Shown in pieces: positions 53,176 to 61,402 of a stretch of 64,000 nucleotides of DNA. The position numbers were made by a program, and so were the translations under genes. Origin of the DNA: Mantamonas sphyraenae STR306 (taxonomy: Eukaryota; Protista; CRuMs); NCBI GenBank assembly GCA_026936335.1, contig JAPMXV010000027.1, forward strand, positions 62,001 to 126,000, given 5' to 3'. The notes beneath the pieces were generated by a model. The model was given only the letters and a program-made list of their open reading frames with translations, did no database searches and was not told where the DNA came from. How positions within the stretch are numbered: position 1 is the first letter of the stretch; every line of letters starts with the position of its first letter.

Positions 53176-53276
53176 ACCAACCACTGGCAGTCTTGTGGAG
53201 AATGGGAGTGTGGGCCAGCGCAGCGCGCGGTGCAATCCAAAACGAAAACAAAGCTCCCTTTCAACGATCGTCGCCT

Positions 53277-54410
53277 ATGCAGGACCGGGGTCCCCTGGAC
53301 GGTCTCCCACAAGAGGTGTTGCTCAGGGTGATGGCATATTTGCAACCAGAGGACCTTGCTAGACTCGGTGGCACGTGCCACAGGTTGCAGAACATCGTCC
53401 GCTCCCTGCCGTTGTGGGAGGAGGTGCACCACTCCGACATGTCCCTGGCAAATGTCGTCGGCGCTGACCCAGTGTTTGCGCAACTGGTACCGCCTGCAGA
53501 AGGCGATGGCAGCTGGTTTGGAGAGGTGTCGGGGCAACGCAGATTCATTGTTGCCTACTTCGACCAGATCCACGCACGAGCGCAGGAGGACGAGCAGAAA
53601 CTGCGACATGGGATGTGGTACCGCCGTATCATGGCCCTGTGTGCCCTGTGGCCGTTGTCAATGGCAGCGTGGACACTTGTGGAACGTTGGTGGGGCGCTC
53701 CACGCGCATACTGCATGGGCCTGGCCTGGTACAGCCTTGCCGTGCTCATGCTTACCACTCGTACGTGGGTGGTGAAACATGTGCTACCGCAGCCGAGCAT
53801 AACTTTCACGCGAGGCAGACACGCTCCGGCGTTGTTTCTCATCGTCATGCCGTTCCTCCTGGCGGCTCTTCTCCCTGCAGCCATGGCAGACGGCTGGATA
53901 CCCATTCCTTGGACGCCTGTCTTTATCCTCGTTGACATGGCTGTGCTGTACGTGACGCAAGACTGGCGTCCGCAGCACTTCCCCATTTCTCTTTTCAGAT
54001 CCATGCTCGTCATCAACACTGTGCCGTTGGGGCTTTGGATGGATGACATGGTACCTTTGCTACTTGTCCAGGGTTGTGTTGCGCTCTGCGTGATTGCGGC
54101 TGCGACTGTTCACTGGAAGATCTTGGTGGCTGAATCGATGCTCCTCGGAGCCCTCCTCACAGATCCGGAGCTTGCCATCGTCACTCCGGCTGCCGTGGCG
54201 CTCATTGCGGCTACTGTATACATCGGCGCCCTTGAAGTGGGCCATACAGCTTTGGTCCGCCAACACCAGCGGATTATTGCGTGCCACACACTCCCCCTCG
54301 AGCTGCGCCAGGCTCTGAGCTATCCTCCTTGGCTGGCTGCTCGACTACCCTCCCATCACATGCGTGCCTATGTCCGCTCTCTCCCGTCTGCGAGGCACGC
54401 TGCAGTGTGA
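53277..54410 (+). CDS. F-box + multi-pass membrane domain protein, divergent member 4
   Basis: PLDGLPQEVLLRVMAYLQPEDLARLGGTCHRLQNIV...PLW, followed by about 8 hydrophobic segments. Confidence 0.8.
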   Translation: MQDRGPLDGLPQEVLLRVMAYLQPEDLARLGGTCHRLQNIVRSLPLWEEVHHSDMSLANVVGADPVFAQLVPPAEGDGSWFGEVSGQRRFIVAYFDQIHARAQEDEQKLRHGMWYRRIMALCALWPLSMAAWTLVERWWGAPRAYCMGLAWYSLAVLMLTTRTWVVKHVLPQPSITFTRGRHAPALFLIVMPFLLAALLPAAMADGWIPIPWTPVFILVDMAVLYVTQDWRPQHFPISLFRSMLVINTVPLGLWMDDMVPLLLVQGCVALCVIAAATVHWKILVAESMLLGALLTDPELAIVTPAAVALIAATVYIGALEVGHTALVRQHQRIIACHTLPLELRQALSYPPWLAARLPSHHMRAYVRSLPSARHAAV

Positions 54411-55012
54411 CGATGCAGAGAAAGAAAGTACAAGGCTATTTTACATTTCGCGGTTCTCCTGCTCCTTGCCATAGCTCTTCATGCCAGACATGCCAGGGAG
54501 GAGGGTCTCTTGTTGTCGATGCGTTCGTGTGTCCCCCCAAGGTATGGTGTGGTTCCAACGAGCAACCAACGAAGCGGAGGAAAGAGTGAATGGTGAGTGG
54601 GGAGATGCACAAGCTCGAGCATGCATCCTTGGGGACAGGTGGGAGTGGCCGTCGACCCCAGCATTGTTCGTCGGTGATGCATCCGGAGCACGTGGGAACC
54701 CTCTGCACCACCGACTGACACACCGCCGAGTCGCTCGTACCTGCGATCCAACTGGCCACATGCATTCGCCGCCAGTCCACGCAGAGGCCACCCTCCCTGC
54801 CCCAAAGCTTGCTCCGTTGCATCAGCATCCCACACTCATCACACATACCATTCCCCCACCTCTTGCTACTCGGCTCGCCCAAATCCACACCCTGTCCATA
54901 TCAGGGCTCCCACAAACACACTGTCCATCCTCCGTCCCCGGCTCCTGTCATCCCCAGCTGTAGATTGCATCCTTCCATCCTCCTTCCATCATCCATCTCC
55001 TCCTCTGTGGGC

Positions 55013-56380
55013 TCACTGTTCGCCTGACCCACGGCTCTGCTTCGGACGCGCATACTCCACACCCGGGTGCTTCCTCTTCCACCGAATTCGACTGTGCCCC
55101 ACAACGTGTCCCCGTATCCACTCCCGTGTCAGTCTCATCTCTCCCTTCTTCCTCTTCTTCTCCCCCCACCCCCCACTCCCTGCCCCTGCGAAGAAGCAAA
55201 AACGCACCGGTTGCCGAACCAGTTGTTCACCTGCGTTGCCGTCAACGAGCTCGCCTCTGCCAATGCCATCTTCTCCTCGTCTGTGGTGCCCATGTCCCGC
55301 ATCCGTGTCAGCCTCCCTCGTCCCATGTTCGCTCTCCATTTCCTCCCTCCTCCCATCCACTCCTGTGCCCCATCGTGCGTATTTGCAGAGCAAAAATCAC
55401 ACGTCATTCCCGGATTGCCCCCTTGGCCCTTGCGAGAGAGAAAAAAAGACACGTCCCGCCGGCCCTCGCCGAAAAAAATCGCCCCGCCGCCGATCTTTTT
55501 CCTTGATCCTTCCGCTGCACCACCTTTCCACACCCTTCCTTTTCTGCCCATGCCTCCGCATGCATACGCGTTTCCCCCCTCCTCCACTCGCCTCTCTGTA
55601 TCACTTACACGACGGGTAAGGGTTGTCCAGGTGGCTGTGCAGATCCGTGTCAGCGCCGGAATTCTCTTCGTTCCTTGTCACTTCTCCGTCGCTGCTCGCT
55701 GCCGTCTCCCGAGAAAACGCCCCCCCCACCGCCCACGCTTCCTCCTCCCCCTCCTTTCTTCTCTCCTTCCACCTACTCCAGAAACCACTGTGTGCATCCA
55801 TCACCGTGCCCTCCTGCGTGTAAGTCTCTCCCTGGCCCTTGTGCATCGCGTGATAAAAAAAAAGTCCGTCTGGGAGCCGTCCGCGTTGGTGGCCATTTTC
55901 CACCGCCGCAAAAACTCGGCTCTCCGTCTGCCTCCCCTCGCCACTCACCTGATGCAGAACCTGCGTCGACTCCTTGCTTGCCCGCTTCCTGCCCTTGCTC
56001 CCTCGTCCCGAGCTGCTGCTTCCGCCCTCTTGCTCGTTGTGCCGTCCACTGTTGCTTCGACGGTTTTCTTTCTGACGCGAGTTTGCGCCCGAGCTCGTCT
56101 CGCTGTCCACGCTCAGCGTTGACGTCGAAGACGTTTCGCTTGCATTGTCGTCAAAGTACTGCTGCATGTGGTCTGCACTGCTGCTCTCGTCCTCCATCTC
56201 CTCCTCGTCCACGCTGTTGTACCTCAGTCGAAGCCGTGCTCCACTTGGTTGCGAGTTGCGCAGCTCCACAAGGAAGCGAGAAGCCAGCAGCATCGATTGG
56301 AACTCGGGCGTCATCTGCATCGGAGCAGACACGGGTGTCATCTGCCACGCACGCGGCGCTGCCAGATATCTTGTGTACAT
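55013..56380 (-). CDS. TALE-class (PBX-like) homeodomain transcription factor; 5 exons (56380-55949, 55787-55777, 55634-55609, 55280-55208, 55091-55013)
   Basis: Spliced product KGRKRASKESTQVLHQ/WFL/DHLDNPYPS/YEEKMALAEASSLTATQVNNWFGN/RRIRWKRK has the PYP loop extension and WFGN helix 3. All four introns are GTRNGT...CACAG with compatible phases (0,2,1,2). Alternative start at 56425. Confidence 0.9.
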
Positions 56381-57188
56381 GTTTTGAGTGTTCTTGTCTT
56401 GCGGCGTCTTGGGAGACTGCTGCATCTGAGAGTATGTGCCGCGTCAGTGTCCGTTCGCTTGTCAAACGTCCAGAAACGCATTTCTCACCCGCCCCACCCT
56501 CGGCCATGCACACGTCCACACACCCTTTGCACCATGTACATCACATCCCCCATGTCTGGGGATGCATGTGGTGGTCTTGCATGCTCGCTTGCAGTGCACT
56601 ACATACCTTGTGGGAATTTGTCGTTGGGTTGGGTTTGCTGCAAGCGCGCACTGACCACTCATCCGAGGTGCACGGATGCAGGATGACAGGATGGGCGGAA
56701 TGGACGCGTGCACAGGGCGCACCGAGGGGACATCTGGACATATGTGGGATGCATATGGAGACAACGGGCAGGGTGGCGGGTGCAGACGGCTTGTGGTGGC
56801 GGGAAGTTGGCGCCACTTGACAGGTCCGCGGTTGGATGCGTGGATGTGAGAGGGATGGACACGGGGAAGCATCTCGGGGGCAAGTACAGAGTGTGCAAGT
56901 GCCATCGAAGCAGGTGTGGAGATGTGGTGGTCGTGTGCGCGGTGGCAGGAGGCCGAAACAAGGGGCAAACGTTTTCAGGAACGACATCGGAAGCCCGTCT
57001 CCCTGGGTATGGGACAATGACCGCTTTGCAAGGCACACCAACGGGGATTTGGGGATGAAAGTTGGGATCGGTGGGGGATTGGGAAGGATGTGGAGGCCGG
57101 TGCATGCGTGGTACGAGGGTGGGGTGCGGGGTGCGCACGCTGAGGCAGCCATAGCCCCCCACACATTGCTGGCGATCTGCACCCGACC

Positions 57189-57662
57189 ATGGGTTTGAAC
57201 CTTTTCCAAGCAACGCATGCATCATTTCGCATGCTTCCACTCTGGGTGCAGGTGTGGATGGGGCTCTTCCTTGGTCCGAGCATTTTCTTGCCGCTGGTTG
57301 TTGTCACAGAGGAGCCCATGGTCCCTCTGGTGCTATGTGGGTCTGCGTTGGTGTTTGTGGCCATTCCCAATTCCTATCTGATCTGGGATAACGGCGGTGG
57401 ACTGTGCAAGCGCATGGCCCTCCCGCACATTCCGCACGCCTCCCTGGCGCTTGTATACTGCCTGGGGCGGCTCCTCGGTGCGGGATACGCTGAACTGGGA
57501 CTTGGAGGTTCCATTACCGCGTGGGACTCTTTGCTGGGGATCGTGTTGTGGGTGTACGCGGCCATTTGGGCAGTATCGCTCGCCTTTGACATCAACGACG
57601 TGCGTGTGGTGTGGATGACCGGGGACAAGCACATGGTGCGCTACGATCTTGCTGCTGCATGA
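57189..57662 (+). CDS. Small ~4-TM membrane protein of unknown function, copy A
   Basis: 157-aa hydrophobic ORF (LPLWVQVWM...RMALPHI...SLAFDINDV..W.TGD), conserved in a second copy at 63566-64000. Confidence 0.75.
   Translation: MGLNLFQATHASFRMLPLWVQVWMGLFLGPSIFLPLVVVTEEPMVPLVLCGSALVFVAIPNSYLIWDNGGGLCKRMALPHIPHASLALVYCLGRLLGAGYAELGLGGSITAWDSLLGIVLWVYAAIWAVSLAFDINDVRVVWMTGDKHMVRYDLAAA
57252..57644 (+). repeat. Left arm of an inverted duplication (at least 393 bp); partner at 63608-64000
   Basis: Colinear and gap-free with the reverse complement of 63608-64000; slightly above 90% identity by eye. Confidence 0.95.
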
Positions 57663-57689
57663 GGTCAACCCCAATGTATTCAAAGCGTT

Positions 57690-59210
57690 TCAGCGTGGCG
57701 TGAACTTCATTGGCAGACCACTGCTGGGCCGCATGGTGATCTTGAGCTCGCGCTTCCAGTAGGCGTCCATGTCGTTTGCCAGCACGACGGCCTCCATGTC
57801 CAGGGCACGCACGACATGCACGATGGCGACAACTGCTTCAGCGACGGCAAAGTTCTTCCCCACACATCCGCGCTTCCCCATCATGAAAGGCATAAAGGCA
57901 AACGGATCACGCTCGCTGACAGAGGCGGCATCAAGGAAGCGGCTGGGACGCCATTCGAGGACATCGTCGCCCCAGATGCGTGCATCACGGCCAAAGAGAA
58001 ACGGGGAGGCCATGACGATGGTTCCCTTGGGGATGAGGACATCGCCGAGGCGGTCCTCTTCCGTGTTGACGCGGTTGGTCAGAGGCGCAGGCGGGAACAA
58101 GCGCATTGTCTCATTGAAGATGGCTGTGACGACAACCAACTTCTCGAGATGTTCGGCCTGGACGTTGCCGTCACCAACAATGTCTTCGATTTCCTCGCGT
58201 GCTCGCTCGATCCACTCGGGGTTCTGTGCAAGGTAGGCAAGCGATGCACTGAGGGCAATGGCCGTGGTTTCGTGTCCGGCTACCACAAAGGTCAGCACGT
58301 TGTTGAGCAGCTCGTCGTCGGACAGCTTTTCGTCGCCGACGCCCTCAAACAGCACGCTGAGCAGGTCGTCCGTCTCTGCATCTCCAGCTTCCCACTGTTT
58401 GCGTCGTTGTTCAATGATGGCCAGACAGTTGGCATGCAGCCGGTCGCGGGCAGCTCGCTTGGCCTTGTTGCTGCTCGTGGGCAAACTCTTGGTGAAGGGT
58501 AGGATGATGCCCAGTACAAGTGCCACGTCAATCTTGGGCAGAAGAGTGTTCATGAGCGCATAGATCGAATCTTCGCCCTGTGCATCCTCGCCCGTCTTGA
58601 GCGCCTCAAAGTCAAAAGAAAACCCGGCTTGGCCGATGACGTCAAGCGTGTACTCGGAGCAGATTTGGTGACACAACACCGTGCTTCCCTCGTTCTCCTC
58701 AAGCTTCTTGACCAGGAATGCGCTGAGGATGTTGAACGTGGCCATCAGACGTCCCACACTGCGGTGCGAAAAAGCAGGACCAATCAAACGGCGCTGGTTG
58801 TCATGCTTTTCGCCCTCGCTGGTGAGCAGTCCATCACCCAAGAGGGGTTTGAGGGTGTTGCGAATGTCCGCAGGCCGCACCCAGATGCTACTCTTGGCGC
58901 TGAGAAAGATGTGTTTGACCATGGCAAGGTCTGTGGTCAGCAGGCGGACCTCGCCGAGCCACACGCGATACAGCAGGAGGTCGGGCCAACCGGCATCCCT
59001 GCACCATCGCAAATGGGGTTCGACGGCGTCTTCCCGAGCAATCTCGAGAAAGTTGCCCCACAGGAGACTGGCAGGCGGCGCTGCCATGTTGGCAAGATCC
59101 TTTGGCAGAAACCACCAATTGTACACGAGACGCCACACCACCTTGATGAGGATGTACGCCGTGAAAGCGAGCAGGAGGATGCCGGCGTAGTGCAAAATGT
59201 CGCCAATCAT
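57690..59210 (-). CDS. Cytochrome P450, ER-anchored
   Basis: N-terminal TM anchor, GDGLLTSEGEKH..QRRLI.PAF, I-helix AGHETT, K-helix ETMR, PSRF, heme motif FMMGKRGCVGKNFA. Confidence 0.95.
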   Translation of the reverse strand: MIGDILHYAGILLLAFTAYILIKVVWRLVYNWWFLPKDLANMAAPPASLLWGNFLEIAREDAVEPHLRWCRDAGWPDLLLYRVWLGEVRLLTTDLAMVKHIFLSAKSSIWVRPADIRNTLKPLLGDGLLTSEGEKHDNQRRLIGPAFSHRSVGRLMATFNILSAFLVKKLEENEGSTVLCHQICSEYTLDVIGQAGFSFDFEALKTGEDAQGEDSIYALMNTLLPKIDVALVLGIILPFTKSLPTSSNKAKRAARDRLHANCLAIIEQRRKQWEAGDAETDDLLSVLFEGVGDEKLSDDELLNNVLTFVVAGHETTAIALSASLAYLAQNPEWIERAREEIEDIVGDGNVQAEHLEKLVVVTAIFNETMRLFPPAPLTNRVNTEEDRLGDVLIPKGTIVMASPFLFGRDARIWGDDVLEWRPSRFLDAASVSERDPFAFMPFMMGKRGCVGKNFAVAEAVVAIVHVVRALDMEAVVLANDMDAYWKRELKITMRPSSGLPMKFTPR

Positions 59211-59271
59211 CTCTGGTTGGGTGTGGGAGCGCGCAGCGGTGACCAAACACACATTGCCCGTCATCCAGCCG

Positions 59272-61089
59272 ATGCCATCCAAGAGCAAGAAGCGCAGTGT
59301 GCGGTGGAGTGACGAAGTCGTAGCAGAGGAGGCTGAGGACAGCCGGGAGGCAGATGAGGATGAGGAGGATGAGGAGGAGGAGGAGGACGGCGGAACGGGT
59401 GGCTGGGGCAGCAGCCGTAGCGAGGACGAGGACGACGACGAGACGTCACATGGTGCAAGAGGGGCAGACGATGGGACATGGGGACGCAGTGGGGACAAAG
59501 GCACTGGTCAAGACGGGGAGGAGGGAGACGAGCAGGAGGAGGAGGAAGAGGAGGAGGACGGAGCTGCCAATCCGTTCTCGTTGTACAGGCGGACGGCCCA
59601 CAAGCAGCAGGCGGCGTTGCACGATGCCATGCGTGCGCAGAGCCAACGGGAAAAGGAGGAACGCAAGGAGAAGCGCAAGGAAAAGCGAGCCATGGTGAAG
59701 AAGGAGCGGGAGCTTGCGAAACGAGGGGTTGGCGCCAAAAGCTCAACGACGACAAGCCGGTCGGAGGCGGCGAAGCTGAGCAACCTGACGACGGCAGAGA
59801 TGCTGGCCGCAGCGAAGAAGGCAAAGCGAACAGGGAAATCCAAATCCAAGGTGGGCCAGGGAACAAAGGGGAAGCAAGCGGGTGGTGGTGGACAGGGACG
59901 AGGAGGCGAGGCAGCAGCGGGAGGCAGGACACCTCAGCCACGCAAACAGGCACCCCAACCGCAACCACGACCAGAGCCTGTGCTTGCAGAGGCACCGAGC
60001 TCATCCAGCATCCGGGAGCTGTTGGACTCGTACATGGACATGGAAGACGAGCGAAAGAACGCAGGAGGAGGCGTGGGAAGCAACAGCAGCGCAGCAGCAA
60101 CGAGGGACTCTGAACCGGAGGTGTTGCACCACGACCACACGACCAGCAGCCACTTTGCAAACCCACACAAGATCCAATCGATTGTGTCTGCTCACCAGCA
60201 GCGGCGGTGGGCGATCAAAACGTACCAAGAACAGCAGGAGAAGCGGCGGCTACAACGCAAGCGGGAGAAGCTGACGAAGCGGCAGGAGCTGCTGATGCAG
60301 GGCCTGAGTGAAGAGGACGTCAAGGCGGCATTGGCGTCTTGGGGGGACATGGATCTGGAAAGCGACGACGGATCGAACGGTGACGGCGACGACGACGAAG
60401 AGGAAGAGATGGACGAGCAGACTTTGATGCAGGAAATGGCCTGGTCTGCACTTGCGCGTCCCAAGTGGAACACAACGAAGCGTGTGCAACGGGAACTGGA
60501 TCGATTGCGGGCAGGCACGTTTGACGCGGAGCACGCCTTGCAGGAAGAGGCGGCCAGGTACCATGCGACGCAAGGGGCACACGCAGACGCAGAGCGACAG
60601 ATGGTGTTTGAGTCAGGCAAGCTGGCGACGCAGCTGACCAACGTGGATGCTAGCCTGCCCAAGTATGTGCAGCTGCAATCGTTGCAGGGCACGCAAGAGG
60701 ACGAAGGCAAGCAGTTGCTGCTAAAACGCAAGGTGGGCAAGCAAGTGAGCAAGGAGTGGAAGCGGAGCGTAAGTATGCACAAGCCAGACATCATGGAGTT
60801 GTTTGACGGCAGCGCACGGCAGGCACAGAGCTGCGGATTGCCAAGCTACGCACTGTTTGGGGATTCCCAGCAAAAGACAGGCAAGGGCAAGGGTGGATCG
60901 CGTGCAAACAGCGTCACGACCACAGGCGAGGGCGATCTGTTTGCACCGCCGTCGCACGTGGCTTGGGTGGAAGCCCATGACGACCTCGAGGGATCCGGTG
61001 TTGTTGGCCCCTCGAGGGATGTGCGATCGTTCGTGCACGGATCCATGACCCTGGCTGAGGAAATGTTGTACTTTGAGTGTGGCAGGTGA
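59272..61089 (+). CDS. Hypothetical charged, low-complexity protein with an N-terminal RVxF-type motif
   Basis: Long ORF with the local codon style; MPSKSKKRSVRWSD, acidic tracts and basic coiled coils. No family recognised. Confidence 0.65.
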   Translation: MPSKSKKRSVRWSDEVVAEEAEDSREADEDEEDEEEEEDGGTGGWGSSRSEDEDDDETSHGARGADDGTWGRSGDKGTGQDGEEGDEQEEEEEEEDGAANPFSLYRRTAHKQQAALHDAMRAQSQREKEERKEKRKEKRAMVKKERELAKRGVGAKSSTTTSRSEAAKLSNLTTAEMLAAAKKAKRTGKSKSKVGQGTKGKQAGGGGQGRGGEAAAGGRTPQPRKQAPQPQPRPEPVLAEAPSSSSIRELLDSYMDMEDERKNAGGGVGSNSSAAATRDSEPEVLHHDHTTSSHFANPHKIQSIVSAHQQRRWAIKTYQEQQEKRRLQRKREKLTKRQELLMQGLSEEDVKAALASWGDMDLESDDGSNGDGDDDEEEEMDEQTLMQEMAWSALARPKWNTTKRVQRELDRLRAGTFDAEHALQEEAARYHATQGAHADAERQMVFESGKLATQLTNVDASLPKYVQLQSLQGTQEDEGKQLLLKRKVGKQVSKEWKRSVSMHKPDIMELFDGSARQAQSCGLPSYALFGDSQQKTGKGKGGSRANSVTTTGEGDLFAPPSHVAWVEAHDDLEGSGVVGPSRDVRSFVHGSMTLAEEMLYFECGR

Positions 61090-61402
61090 TGTCATGCAGG
61101 GCTTGGGCGTGCAGGCCGAGGAGCGTCGTGCGATTGCGCAAACAAGCAAAAAAACCTTTGCAAACCAAACCAAGTGAGTCGATGACATTGCATGCACAGT
61201 TGCACCAGGGTCCATGAAGTATTGGGCCAGAAGTGTGAGCTGGTGGAGGATGCAGGGGAACCAGGGAGGAGCCACCAGCGCGTGGATTTTTCGACAACCG
61301 CGTGCATTTTCCTGCCAGCGGACCAGGCGCCCGTGTTGAGGAGCCCTCCAGGCTGACACAGATCGATTGCACGGCGGTGAACCAATCGCACACGTACACA
61401 GA

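Noticed and set aside
54281-55000. Short ORFs downstream of the homeobox gene, and similar ones at 56436-57240
   Set aside because: No motifs or coding-like codon pattern, and they overlap on both strands. More likely UTR or regulatory DNA.
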